Below are positions 46,134 through 55,892 of a stretch of 64,000 nucleotides of DNA, piece after piece. The translations under genes were made by a program, and so were the position numbers. The notes under the pieces are model-generated. The model worked only from the letters and a program-made list of their open reading frames with translations, was not told where the DNA came from and did not search any database. This stretch comes from a virus (Duplodnaviria > Caudoviricetes): IMG/VR virus record IMGVR_UViG_2934156241_000002, positions 1 through 64,000 of that record. One strand, given 5' to 3'. Each line of letters opens with the position of its first letter. Within the stretch, counting starts at the first letter, position 1.

Positions 46134-49100
46134 TGCAGGCCACCTCCGCCCAGCCTGAGGCGGCGCAGTTCGAACATGGCGTCCTCCAGTGCGTTGGCCG
46201 TGGTGCCCACGGCGCCGATGTTCAAGTTCAGGTCCCCGCCCACGAGCGCACCGCTTGCCTGGGAAACGGCGGTACGTGAGGTAGTGGTCTTGCGGACGGA
46301 GGAGCTTCGGTGCTCGAGGACGGCTCCGTTTGCGTAGCCCCGCATTGCGCCACGTCCGGGGTAAAGGACAGTGCCGCCGAACATCTCGGCAACCCTTCCG
46401 AGGATCGCCTCGGAGCGCTTGCGCTTGGAGGGTGCGAGCGGAATGTAGGCCTCGCCTGGGTACGTTTCCGGCTCCGCCCAGAGCCGCATTTCTCCGGCCT
46501 TGGCGATCTGCGCGATGTGCTGCTCCGCGCCGTTCGCGAAGGCCTTCACCCGGCCTGCAACCTTGCGGATCCCGCCGTCGGCGTACTTTACGATTCCGCC
46601 GTCCGCCTTGGGCACGATGGACGGTGAGCCCTGCGAGGTGTACTTCACGACGACGTTCACAGTCCGGCCAGTAAGACTGTTGATCTTCGACTGGATTGCC
46701 TGCACCTGCGAGATGGCGCTCTTGTTCGGGGCGGTGATCCGGACCGTCTTGCCGTTCGACCCATCCACCGTTTTGATCTTGTATCCCAGATCCTTCAGCG
46801 CTGCCTGGGCGGTCTTCGTCGGCGTTTTGACCTCGACCGACTTGCCCTTGAGGCCTGTGATCTTGGACTGGACGTTCTTGAGGTCTCCTGCCGCCTGCTG
46901 GATGATCGCTTTGACGGTGACGGTCTTCTTGTTCGGTGCGTTCGCGATGTCGCTGGCCAGCGCAGCGATGTTCACCCGGGCAGCGCCGGTGGGTGCTGTA
47001 ACGACCACTTTCTTGCTGCCCTGGATGCGCTGCACCGTGAAGCCGAGCGCTTCGAGCTGGCTGCGGGCTTCGGCGGTGGGGGCCGTGATCTGAATCGACT
47101 TGCCCGGCTTGATGCTCTCAAGGGTTCGACGCAAGCCCAGGAACTCGGTCGTTGCTTCGCTGACCCCTTGGGTGGCCATCAGCGTCGTGATGGTGGACGG
47201 CACGAGGCCCATCTGGTCGGCGAGCGCCTTGGCCTGGTCCTTCGGGATGCCCATGTCTCGGGCGAGCTGAATTGCCTTCGCACGGGCCTTGTCCATGGCT
47301 CCCTGCGACTTGTCCATCGCCACCGACATGGGCATGAGTCCTTGCTCGGCGGCTTCCTGCGATCTCGTGGCGACGGCGAGCATCGAATCGCGGAGCTCGG
47401 TGAGCTGAGAGTTGAGGTTCTGGCCGTTGCGCGTGGTGGTGTTGACCAGACCGTCGTTGGCGACGAGCGCCTTTCCCCACCCTTCGGCGCGGTCGATGTT
47501 CCCCTTCATCGCGTCGTCGATCTGAAGCATGACGGAGTTGAGCTGGGTCTCGGCGTCGTGGAACGACTGCGTGTTCCCGTTGAGGGAGTCGAGCGCCCGC
47601 TTGAGCGCGTCAACCCGCTCATCCGCGGACTTCGTCTTGTCCCCGAAGGTCTGCACCGCAGAGTTCAGCCGCCCGTACGCGGTCGTGCCCAGCACACCGG
47701 ATCCGGTCATGGCATCGGCGAGCTGCTTGTTCTTCTTCTGGCTCTCCTCCAGCTCGCCGCGGACCTCTCCCAGTGCGTCCTTCGCCCGGATCGCGGCGAG
47801 GCCTTCGGCATCCCATCCCTTGGCCGCGCCTGTCGCGGTGGTGGCGTACTCCTCATGGGCATCGGCGGTCAGCTGCAGTTCCTTCTGCAGCTCCGCGAGC
47901 GTCTTGCCCTGACCGAGGTAGGCGTCCGTCAGGGGGCCGAGACCCACGCCGGCCTTCTGCATCATGTCGACGAGCTTGCCCTTGCCCTTGGCCAGCTCGG
48001 TGTCCTGCAGAAGCTGTGCGGCCTGGGCGCGGACGTTCGCGTCGATCGCCCCGCCGGACTGCGCCAGGGCCTGACCGAGGGCATCCACGCGTTCTTTGTG
48101 CGCCTGTGTCGCGCGGGCCGCGGCCTGCTGCCGGGAGGCCAGGATGCCCAGCCCGATCGTGACGCCGGCTATCGCGATGCCGAGAGGCCCGCCGAGCGCG
48201 GACGTGATCCCGCCGATGGCGCGGGAGGCGACACGGTTGGCTGCGCCGATGCCGCGGAGGCTGCCCGTCAGTCGGCCGGCTCCGGCCGCCGCTCCCGTGT
48301 AGGCGAGGCGCATCCGCTGCCACGCGTTGATCTGCGGGCCCATGACGCCGGGGCCCATCGTGCCGCGCATGGTGGTGCCGAGCGTGCGCACGGACGTGCC
48401 CGCCGCGGTGACGGAGGTACCGAAGCCGCGGAGCATCGTGGCGACGCCGCTTACGACTTTCAGGGCCAGCATCGTGCCGAGGAACACCGCCAGCGCGGTG
48501 TTCGCTCCGGGGATCACGCCCATGATCGTGTTGAAGATCTGCAGCAGGCCGTTGAGAGTGACGAGCAGTACGCCGAGCCCGCTTCCGGCCGAGGACAGGT
48601 CCCCGATCGCGTTGGCTATGTTGGAGATGACGCTGACGACGGCCGGGCCGATGGTGTTGCCGATCGCGCTGAAGACGGTGCCCAGCGCGGGCCCGAGTTC
48701 GGTACGGATCTGACGGACCAGGTCAGTGATTCCGCCGTCCTGCATGGCGTGGCCGATGCCCCGCATCATGTCTCCGAAGAGCATGTTGACCTCGTGGAAC
48801 ACCGGCGCGGCGTCGCTGAACATCTTCTTCATGGCCTTCTGGCCGACGCCCGAATTGGCCCAGCGGTCGAACCGCTGCATCGTTCCCTCGAACCCGTCGA
48901 ACATGGCGTCGCCGGTGTCCATGGCGGCCTTCCCGACGCCGCCGAGCCCCTTGACGAGGCTGCTGGTGGTCCGGCCGAGCTGAACGGCCTTGTCGCCGGC
49001 GTGGTCGAGGAACCTGGCGAGGCTGCCGGTTTCCCGCCCTGCCTGGACGGAGGCCCGCATGTACTGCGTGAGCCGTGCGCCACCCCGCGAGACCCGTTCA

Positions 49101-50185
49101 GCGAAGGGGCCCGATGCCACGAGGAAGTCGAGGGTGGTCCGGCCGAAGTTGCCCAGACTCTTGGTGATGCTGCCGAGGACACGGGAGTTCGACGCGGTGA
49201 TCGTCTTGAAGTCCTTGCGGAACACGCCGGTCTGCATGAACTTGGCGCCGCGCTCCGCCATGGAACCCATCTGGGACGCGGAGTCGCCGAATGCCTTCTT
49301 GAGAAGCGGGAACGCTGACTTGGCCAGCGGCTTGATGTCGTCGGTGACCTTGGAGAAGAACCGCTCGCTGACGTCCATGCGGAGTTTGCGCCATCCGACG
49401 GACAGCTCAGTCACCGCGGAAACGGTCTTGCGGGCCGACTTCGAGAGTTTGCCCAGCGCCTCGTCGAGCTTGCCTTGCTGCGCCTCGGTGATCTTGCCGT
49501 CGTCGGCGAGCATCTGCTGCGCCTTCATGGACTGGTTGACGGCTTCGCCGAACCCGTTGAACGCCATCTTCGTGCCGATCAGCGCGGTACCGGCGGCGGC
49601 GATCATGCCGGGAACTGCGCCGAGGACGCCCACGGCCGGGGCCATGGACGACACCAGGGCAGTCAGCCCCGCTCCGTACTGCCCGATCAGAGCGACCGCG
49701 GGCTCGAGCAGCGAGACCAGGGCGCCGATGCCGAGCATTCGCAGACCACCGCGGCCGCGCCCCGGCATGCGCATCCGCACGGGCACGTTGACCGGGGTTC
49801 GGTCGGCTTCTCCCTGTGCGCCGGCGATCAGGCCCCGCAGCCCGGGAAGGAGACCGTCACCGCGGCGGCCGCCTCCTCCGTCGCCTTCGGGCCGGACGGG
49901 AAGGTTCAGGTCGGCTTCGCCGAGACGCCGGCGAACGCTGTCGAGCTCGGCGCGGAACCGGTCCTCGTCGATCTTGACGCGAATGGTGGCGGTGACGCCC
50001 TTGGACGCTTCCTCAACAGCCTTCTTGAGCCGCTTGCGGAGGCCCTTCTCGTCGACCTTGACCTTCACCGCGGCGGCCAGGCCCTCGGCGGCTGCCTCAA
50101 CCTCTGCCCGGAGCTTCTGCGCGAACCCCGAAAGGTCAGCGACGACCGGCACGTCGAGGCGACCGGCCTGCAGGCCCTCAGCCAC
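46130..50185 (-). CDS. tape measure protein (1351 aa)
   Basis: Long Ala/Gly-rich helical protein with hydrophobic segments; C-terminal ADGG and WAEPET..EAYIPL motifs. Confidence 0.9.
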   Translation of the reverse strand: MAEGLQAGRLDVPVVADLSGFAQKLRAEVEAAAEGLAAAVKVKVDEKGLRKRLKKAVEEASKGVTATIRVKIDEDRFRAELDSVRRRLGEADLNLPVRPEGDGGGGRRGDGLLPGLRGLIAGAQGEADRTPVNVPVRMRMPGRGRGGLRMLGIGALVSLLEPAVALIGQYGAGLTALVSSMAPAVGVLGAVPGMIAAAGTALIGTKMAFNGFGEAVNQSMKAQQMLADDGKITEAQQGKLDEALGKLSKSARKTVSAVTELSVGWRKLRMDVSERFFSKVTDDIKPLAKSAFPLLKKAFGDSASQMGSMAERGAKFMQTGVFRKDFKTITASNSRVLGSITKSLGNFGRTTLDFLVASGPFAERVSRGGARLTQYMRASVQAGRETGSLARFLDHAGDKAVQLGRTTSSLVKGLGGVGKAAMDTGDAMFDGFEGTMQRFDRWANSGVGQKAMKKMFSDAAPVFHEVNMLFGDMMRGIGHAMQDGGITDLVRQIRTELGPALGTVFSAIGNTIGPAVVSVISNIANAIGDLSSAGSGLGVLLVTLNGLLQIFNTIMGVIPGANTALAVFLGTMLALKVVSGVATMLRGFGTSVTAAGTSVRTLGTTMRGTMGPGVMGPQINAWQRMRLAYTGAAAGAGRLTGSLRGIGAANRVASRAIGGITSALGGPLGIAIAGVTIGLGILASRQQAAARATQAHKERVDALGQALAQSGGAIDANVRAQAAQLLQDTELAKGKGKLVDMMQKAGVGLGPLTDAYLGQGKTLAELQKELQLTADAHEEYATTATGAAKGWDAEGLAAIRAKDALGEVRGELEESQKKNKQLADAMTGSGVLGTTAYGRLNSAVQTFGDKTKSADERVDALKRALDSLNGNTQSFHDAETQLNSVMLQIDDAMKGNIDRAEGWGKALVANDGLVNTTTRNGQNLNSQLTELRDSMLAVATRSQEAAEQGLMPMSVAMDKSQGAMDKARAKAIQLARDMGIPKDQAKALADQMGLVPSTITTLMATQGVSEATTEFLGLRRTLESIKPGKSIQITAPTAEARSQLEALGFTVQRIQGSKKVVVTAPTGAARVNIAALASDIANAPNKKTVTVKAIIQQAAGDLKNVQSKITGLKGKSVEVKTPTKTAQAALKDLGYKIKTVDGSNGKTVRITAPNKSAISQVQAIQSKINSLTGRTVNVVVKYTSQGSPSIVPKADGGIVKYADGGIRKVAGRVKAFANGAEQHIAQIAKAGEMRLWAEPETYPGEAYIPLAPSKRKRSEAILGRVAEMFGGTVLYPGRGAMRGYANGAVLEHRSSSVRKTTTSRTAVSQASGALVGGDLNLNIGAVGTTANALEDAMFELRRLRLGGGGLQ

Positions 50186-50615
50186 TACGGACCATTCCTC
50201 TCTGCATGGCGGCCATGAGCATCTGCTGATGGCCGGTCATGCGGGGTGCCTGCGGCTCCGGCTGCGGCGGTGGCACTCGGCCAGGGCGGCGGTGCGTTGG
50301 TGCTTCGGAGCGTTGCGGGCGAACGATGGTGGTCGGCTCCTCGCGCCGCTTGTCCGCGGCCAGGAGCCCGATCTCGTCGACGATCAGCGCCATGAGCTCC
50401 AGGACCTTGGTCCAGCCGCCGAGAGGGGCGGAACGGACCTGGGAGTCGTCGGGCAGGCCGTCGACGAGGGAGATCAGCCGTCGGACTCCGAGGAATCCGG
50501 GCTGGCCGGGACGGAGCCAGACTCGGCGGGCGTCGATCCGGTGGAATCGGGAGAGGTCGGACTCGACGTCGGGGAATCGCTCTCGGAGGAGGCGCCCAAC
50601 CGAAAGAGTTTTCCC
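50178..50615 (-). CDS. tail assembly chaperone, -1 frameshift extension (gpGT-like)
   Basis: -1 frame after GGGAAAA reads TLSVGRLLRERFPDVESDL...LPDDS into ORF 50178-50393. Confidence 0.8.
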   Translation of the reverse strand, partial: GKTLSVGRLLRERFPDVESDLSRFHRIDARRVWLRPGQPGFLGVRRLISLVDGLPDDSQVRSAPLGGWTKVLELMALIVDEIGLLAADKRREEPTTIVRPQRSEAPTHRRPGRVPPPQPEPQAPRMTGHQQMLMAAMQRGMVRSG

Positions 50616-50998
50616 AGCTCGACTCCGTAGACCCTGGTGAGGCCGGTTGTCAGGCGGACGTAGTCGCCGATCGATGGGCGCTTCTCCAGGAACTGGGTGT
50701 GCTGCTCGCCGAGGAGGATTGCGTACGTCGCACGGATCGCGGCGAGGAACTTCCGCGGCAGGGACGGACGGCGGAAGAGGGCGGCGATGACTTCCGCGAC
50801 GCCGGCGTCGCCGTCGGTCGAGTCGATGACTTCGCCGAGGAGGCCGACCAGGTCCAGGTCTTCGGACAGGATCGGGTCGAGGGCGTCGGCCGGCAGCTCC
50901 GCCGGGAAGATGTACTGGTCGCCGTTGAACTTCACCGGGATGCCGTCCGGGTACTGAACCTCGCGGCGTTCGGCGTCCAGGTCGATGACGTACGACAT
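50474..50998 (-). CDS. tail assembly chaperone (gpG-like)
   Basis: Between tail tube and tape measure; slippery G GGA AAA at 50609-50615. Confidence 0.8.
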   Translation of the reverse strand: MSYVIDLDAERREVQYPDGIPVKFNGDQYIFPAELPADALDPILSEDLDLVGLLGEVIDSTDGDAGVAEVIAALFRRPSLPRKFLAAIRATYAILLGEQHTQFLEKRPSIGDYVRLTTGLTRVYGVELGKLFRLGASSESDSPTSSPTSPDSTGSTPAESGSVPASPDSSESDG

Positions 50999-51099
50999 GT
51001 GCGTGACCTCTCGTGAATGCGTGGCTGGATCGCAGGAGTGCGGCAGCGCGCGGACACTCGCAAGCCGTGAGTGCTTGTGTCGCGCGCTGCCGCGAGAGG

Positions 51100-51687
51100 T
51101 CAGGCAGTCGCGAAGGCGGGGTCGTCCGTGAGGACGTACCAGGCGTCCAGGTCGTCGCCGCCCTGGACCGCCAGGCGCAGCGGCAGCACGGCCTCCTTCG
51201 TCTTGGCGAGGTCCTTGCTGACGCCTTCCATCTGCATGGCGCGGGGGATGATGTAGCGGTAGTGCTTGCCGCCGTCGATGACCTCGACGACGGCCATGAC
51301 CTCCGTGCGGGATCCGATGCGCGGAGGCGTGAACTTGTAGTGCGTCGACGCCGGCGGACCGGTCACCGTCACGGTGGCGATGGTGCCGCCGCCGTACACC
51401 GCTCGGAAGTTGTTGCCGGACCACTGCTGCAGGTCGACCTCGATCGTGGCGGCGTCCTGAGTCTGGAAGGTCCTCGTGGGATACGAGGACTGGGCGCTGC
51501 GGACCTGCTCGAAGTTCGGCTCGCTGTTGAACTTCAGCGAGTCCTCGGTGGTGAGTCCGACGTTCCGCAGGGCTTCGGGCATCGGTGACGTGGCGTCGGC
51601 CGGGGCCGTAGAACCGACGGGGCCCAGGAAGATCCTGGTGATGGATGGGATGACGATTTCGTTGTTGTTGGCGCTCTCGCCTGCCAT
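51100..51687 (-). CDS. major tail (tube) protein
   Basis: IFLGPVGSTAP...NVGLTTEDSL...YRYIIPRA; position. Confidence 0.8.
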   Translation of the reverse strand: MAGESANNNEIVIPSITRIFLGPVGSTAPADATSPMPEALRNVGLTTEDSLKFNSEPNFEQVRSAQSSYPTRTFQTQDAATIEVDLQQWSGNNFRAVYGGGTIATVTVTGPPASTHYKFTPPRIGSRTEVMAVVEVIDGGKHYRYIIPRAMQMEGVSKDLAKTKEAVLPLRLAVQGGDDLDAWYVLTDDPAFATA

Positions 51688-51758
51688 GACGGCTTCTCCA
51701 AGGTGTCCGGGTGCTGGGGCGGACACCTTGGAGAGCCGGGGCGGTTAGCGTCGCGTCG

Positions 51759-52184
51759 TCACGGATGGAGGGTTACGGCGAGGTTCATCAGCCACCGTGG
51801 CTGGCCGTCGACGAGCGGGGACCAGACCAGGAGTCCGGACGGGCTGATGCCGTTGATGACCGGCCGGCCGGGCGTGTGGGGGGCTTCCACGATGGTCTGG
51901 GCTGCTGTGGCGCACAACAGGAGGATGCGGCGCAGTTCGGCCTTGCCCGGCCATCCGCCAGGGTCGCCGTGCACTTCCAGTGTCACTTCGGGTGCGGTGG
52001 CCCAGCGGAGGTCGCGCAGGTCTCCTCCGGGCCCGTGGCCGATGACCAGGTGTGGCCAGGGGGCTTCGGCGATGCCGGACACGCGTCCGCGGCCGCCGAG
52101 GGCTTCGGCGGCCGCGTCGCTCTGCTGGAGCCAGGCCAGGAGTACGGACACGGGATCGGCGTCCGCGAGGGTGAGGTCGGTCAT
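51759..52184 (-). CDS. tail terminator-like protein
   Basis: 141 aa directly upstream of the tail tube gene. Confidence 0.6.
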   Translation of the reverse strand: MTDLTLADADPVSVLLAWLQQSDAAAEALGGRGRVSGIAEAPWPHLVIGHGPGGDLRDLRWATAPEVTLEVHGDPGGWPGKAELRRILLLCATAAQTIVEAPHTPGRPVINGISPSGLLVWSPLVDGQPRWLMNLAVTLHP

Positions 52185-52447
52185 CAGGTGCGGGCGGTGA
52201 AGCCCTGGCCCCGGAGGCGGCGGGCGTAGTCGGGGGACACGAGGATCTTGGCGCCTGGGGTGTAGTCGGTCCCGCTGATCCGCAGGTGATGAGACAGAGT
52301 GACGGTCTCCGGCTCCTGGCCGAGGCCGAGAGGCGGGCCGACAACGGCCGGGGCGCGGCGAGTCGGCTCGGTGGTGTCGATGACGGTGTCGGGGACGGGC
52401 TCGGCCGCCGTGGCGGTGTTCTTCTTGATGGTCGTGTTCGTAGCCAT
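52184..52447 (-). CDS. small virion-associated protein
   Basis: VTLSHHLRISGTDYTPGAKILVS; coupled to the next gene. Confidence 0.6.
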   Translation of the reverse strand: MATNTTIKKNTATAAEPVPDTVIDTTEPTRRAPAVVGPPLGLGQEPETVTLSHHLRISGTDYTPGAKILVSPDYARRLRGQGFTART

Positions 52448-52554
52448 GGCGGGCACTGTGCGGACGGGATCGGTTTGTGTCGCGTTCACCAGTTGCGGAG
52501 CGGTGAGGGGCGGTAGCCTGCGGCAGCGAATCAGCAAGTCCTGTGGGGGGATGC

Positions 52555-52857
52555 ATGAGAACGCGACGTGCGGTGGCGACTGCTGCCGTGGCGGGTGCTT
52601 TGGTCTTGGTCGGCGCATGCAGCAGTGCCGAGGAGCCGGAGCCGGCGGAGCGCCCGTCGAGCGGGCCGGACTACGAGGCGGCGATGGAACGTTGTGCGCT
52701 GTCTCGGCTGCAGAACGGTGGTGAGGAGGACCCGACAACTGAGTCGTGGGCGTATGGGGACGCGTACACCACGTGCACGTACGGCCGGTCGTTCGATGAT
52801 CAGAGCTCGCCGGCGCGTGGCTGGGGCGCGGCTGACCCGGGATACTGGGACGACTGA
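52555..52857 (+). CDS. lipoprotein on the opposite strand within the morphogenesis region
   Basis: MRTRR + hydrophobic stretch + LVGAC lipobox. Confidence 0.65.
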   Translation: MRTRRAVATAAVAGALVLVGACSSAEEPEPAERPSSGPDYEAAMERCALSRLQNGGEEDPTTESWAYGDAYTTCTYGRSFDDQSSPARGWGAADPGYWDD

Positions 52858-52865
52858 GCCCCGCG

Positions 52866-53396
52866 TCAGCGGCGGGCGGCGACGATGGCGGCCGCACGGG
52901 ACATGAAGTGTGTGCCGTCCGCGACCATGTTGCCCGGGTAGACCGTTCCGACTTCCGCCTCGACGACGTTCGGGGCCTGGACGGAGACGGTGACCGTGAC
53001 CCGCCTCCCGGCAACCACGGGTTGGCCGGTGTTGATGTGCCGGGCGATGCCGTCCGGGTCCTTGTGAGTGGTGCAGCGGCAGTGCTTGAGGTTCGCGATG
53101 GCGCGGGACGTACGGTCGCGCGGTTCGAGCATGTATGTGGAGGCGCCGACGCCGCGGTGCTTGCGGTCCCAGTCCATGGAGTTGATGGTGAAGCGCAGGT
53201 TGCCGGGGACTACTTGGCCCTGAGCGGCGACGTGAGTGGGGCGCACTCGGTCGTCGCCCATCGTCACCCAGCGCTTGGTCGGCGGCGCCAACCGCTTCGC
53301 TTCAACCTCCACTTTCTGCGCGATGCGATGTACGGCCGGGGCGACTATCCGAGCGAGGGACTGCTCAAGACCCTGGGCGGGCGTGAACTTCGCCAT
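52866..53396 (-). CDS. neck/tail-completion protein with a MuF-like insert
   Basis: EAKRLAP; KRWVTMGDDRVRPTH...HCRC; EVGT...HFMSRA. Confidence 0.6.
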   Translation of the reverse strand: MAKFTPAQGLEQSLARIVAPAVHRIAQKVEVEAKRLAPPTKRWVTMGDDRVRPTHVAAQGQVVPGNLRFTINSMDWDRKHRGVGASTYMLEPRDRTSRAIANLKHCRCTTHKDPDGIARHINTGQPVVAGRRVTVTVSVQAPNVVEAEVGTVYPGNMVADGTHFMSRAAAIVAARR

Positions 53397-53728
53397 CACG
53401 GGACCTCAGGAGGGTTGAGAGTGGCGGTGGCCTGGACATAGTCGACGTCCGGACAGCCGGGCACGCGGTGGTTACGGGTGCTCGTCAACGTCCAGGCCCG
53501 ACCGGTCTCGTCGGAGATGGTGTCGCCATCCTTGACCGGCCAGGCCTGCGGATCCAGGCGCACCGTCCATGAGCCGTCGGCCTGCTCCAGCACCGACCCG
53601 GGCCACGTACCGCGTGGCTCGGGCCGGACGTTCGGATTCGGCGGTACGGGCACCCCGTTGGCGTCGCGCACCCAGGGGTGCGGGAGCGCATACACGGTCA
53701 GCAGGGCGTTCGAGAGGACGACGGCCAT
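53396..53728 (-). CDS. head-tail adaptor/stopper
   Basis: 110 aa; RDANGVP...VKDGDTI; position. Confidence 0.6.
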   Translation of the reverse strand: MAVVLSNALLTVYALPHPWVRDANGVPVPPNPNVRPEPRGTWPGSVLEQADGSWTVRLDPQAWPVKDGDTISDETGRAWTLTSTRNHRVPGCPDVDYVQATATLNPPEVP

Positions 53729-53730
53729 GG

Positions 53731-54366
53731 TCAGCCAGCTCCGGCGGCGACAAGGGCCTTGGAGACGGCCAACTTGACCGCGGTGACGTACGACGTGAAC
53801 GCGGCTGTGATGTTCTTGCGGTTGGCCCGGGTCATGTCGCCGTTGAGAAAGAACGCCGCGCGCTGGGCGGTGCTGATCTCAAGCTGAACGCCCATGCCGC
53901 GACTGTTCCGATTACAGATGTTCTTGGGGTCGTTCCCGTTCAGCTCCTCGGTGGCGAGCTGAACGGTGAACCCGGCGTCCTTGAGGCACTGGCCGATCTG
54001 ATCGCGGAGGTTGTAGTCCCGTCCTCCGAGGTAAGTGAGCGCTGTCGCGCCCGTCGCGCCGTGCCACGAGACGACGTGGGTTGCGACCTGCGCCATCGTG
54101 AGGGCCTGCGGCTCGTCGTACCGGGTGGAGGTGATGTGCAGGGCGTCGTTTGTGCCAGTGGGCATGAAGGCGTCAAGGCTGTAGAAGTCGTGGATGTCGG
54201 CCGCTGCCGCGTCCGCGAGTTCGGTCGTGCCCGTCTCGATCCCGCCTCCGTGGATGGCGAGGTGCAGCAGGGTGGAGACCTGGGAAATGCGCCAGATCCG
54301 TTGATAGTCGATGCCCTCGATCTGGCCGCCGGCCAGCTCACCATAGGAGTGGTAGAGGTCGCCCAT
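53731..54366 (-). CDS. poly-gamma-glutamate hydrolase family (DUF867/PghP-like)
   Basis: AIHGGGIETGTTELA, LHITSTRYDEP, SWHG, NICNR, GVQLEIS. Confidence 0.85.
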   Translation of the reverse strand: MGDLYHSYGELAGGQIEGIDYQRIWRISQVSTLLHLAIHGGGIETGTTELADAAAADIHDFYSLDAFMPTGTNDALHITSTRYDEPQALTMAQVATHVVSWHGATGATALTYLGGRDYNLRDQIGQCLKDAGFTVQLATEELNGNDPKNICNRNSRGMGVQLEISTAQRAAFFLNGDMTRANRKNITAAFTSYVTAVKLAVSKALVAAGAG

Positions 54367-54387
54367 CGGGTGCGCTCCTTTCGTGGA

Positions 54388-55254
54388 TCAGCGGTACCGG
54401 CGGCCGCGGTACGTGGAGTACGGCCAGGGTGGGCGCGACGGTCGGTTGAGTGGTTGGTAGAGGCGGCGGCGTAGCCGGTTCAGGGACTCGAGCGCGGGGA
54501 GCGCTCCGGCCTGCCCCGCGGTGGGCGCGGTCTCGTAGGAAATGGACTGTCCTTCTGCGCTCACCGAGGACACGCGACGCCCCGAGCTGCCGACTCCGCC
54601 GGGGCGCTGCCGCTCGGACTCTGCGGCATGAGCTGTGACGTAGCGGACGATGGTCTCCTCCGCGGTCCCGTTGAGGCCCACCAGGAGGTCGACGTCGTAC
54701 GTCCCATCTCCGTGCGGCCGGTAGGCGATGACCTCCACCAGGTCGTCCTGGTCGGGCAGGGGCCACGACTCCGCGTGGTCGAGGTTGCCGGTGTAGTACG
54801 GCGTGACCGCGCGCAAGGTGAGGGCCCGCGGCAGGACGGGGCGGTTCAGGTAACCCACCACGTCGGCCTGCGCGTTGCGGATGGCTGTTTCCAGTGCGCT
54901 GCGCTGGTCGGCTGTGATCGGGAGCGGCACGCCGAGCGAGTCGGCGACGGCTTCCGGGGAGGTGACGAGGCCCATGCCCATGGGCAAGTCGAGGCGCACG
55001 GATGTGTCCTTGACCGGCTGGGCGCCGTCGCTGGGGGTGAAAGTCACCATGCCCCAGTAGCGACCGGGCGGTACCTCGGGCAGGTCGAACCGGTACGCGC
55101 CGGGACGAAGCCGAGTGACCGTGGTCGCCGCGGCGGCCACGGGGCCGCTGCGGTCGGCCGTGCCGTACAGGTCCAGGCGGCTGACAGCTCCGCCGGCCGG
55201 TTCGGGGTCGTAGTGCGCCCCGCCGTAGATGGGTTCGTAGTCGACGACCGACAC
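54388..55254 (-). CDS. head-tail connector-like protein with extra N-terminal beta domain
   Basis: VADSLG...AQADVVGYLNRP...VSSVSAEGQSISY. Confidence 0.6.
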   Translation of the reverse strand: MSVVDYEPIYGGAHYDPEPAGGAVSRLDLYGTADRSGPVAAAATTVTRLRPGAYRFDLPEVPPGRYWGMVTFTPSDGAQPVKDTSVRLDLPMGMGLVTSPEAVADSLGVPLPITADQRSALETAIRNAQADVVGYLNRPVLPRALTLRAVTPYYTGNLDHAESWPLPDQDDLVEVIAYRPHGDGTYDVDLLVGLNGTAEETIVRYVTAHAAESERQRPGGVGSSGRRVSSVSAEGQSISYETAPTAGQAGALPALESLNRLRRRLYQPLNRPSRPPWPYSTYRGRRYR

Positions 55255-55266
55255 TCCAGGTCTTCC

Positions 55267-55770
55267 TTACTTCTCGGTGTCGGTCGTGGCGGCCTGCGCG
55301 ACCAGGCGCTCGCGGATACGGGCGGCGACGCTCTCGGAGACGTGGGCGCCCTTGGGCTGCAGCAGTCGCTCGACGGGGTTGCGGTGCGGCCCCAGGAACG
55401 TCCGCTCGATCAGCCGGACTGTGCAGATGAGGGTGGAGCCGTATGGGGTGACTCGCAGGAACACGGCGTCGGTGTCGGTCGGCGGCTGCTTGGTCGCGTC
55501 GTCAAGGATGACTTCTGCCAGGTCGTCGGGGATGACGTCGGTCGGGGAGGCGTAGCCGGGAGCGGCAGGGGGTGCGGGCGTCTCGTGGACCGTCGGCGGT
55601 TCGAGCGGGGCGGCGTCGGGAGCCTTCGGGCCTGCCTCGGTGGCCTCCGTAGTGGTTGCCTCGGTGCTGGCGTTCTCAAGCTCCGTGGTGACCTGTGCGG
55701 TCTCGGTGGTGTCGTTGGCCGCGGTCTTCGCGGTGGCGGCCTTACGGGGTCGGGTGGTGTTGACGGCCAT
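55267..55770 (-). CDS. hypothetical virion-associated protein
   Basis: GGGAG RBS; Ala/Thr/Pro-rich N-terminus. Confidence 0.65.
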   Translation of the reverse strand: MAVNTTRPRKAATAKTAANDTTETAQVTTELENASTEATTTEATEAGPKAPDAAPLEPPTVHETPAPPAAPGYASPTDVIPDDLAEVILDDATKQPPTDTDAVFLRVTPYGSTLICTVRLIERTFLGPHRNPVERLLQPKGAHVSESVAARIRERLVAQAATTDTEK

Positions 55771-55892
55771 GATGGCTCCCTGTCGGGTGGTGGTCCGGGT
55801 CGGCGCGCACCCTGCACAGCGGGCGGCGCTTATGTCGCGTGCTGCTGGGCCCGGGACGGCCCCTGTCTGGGCGGTCCCGGGCGCCTGCCTGG

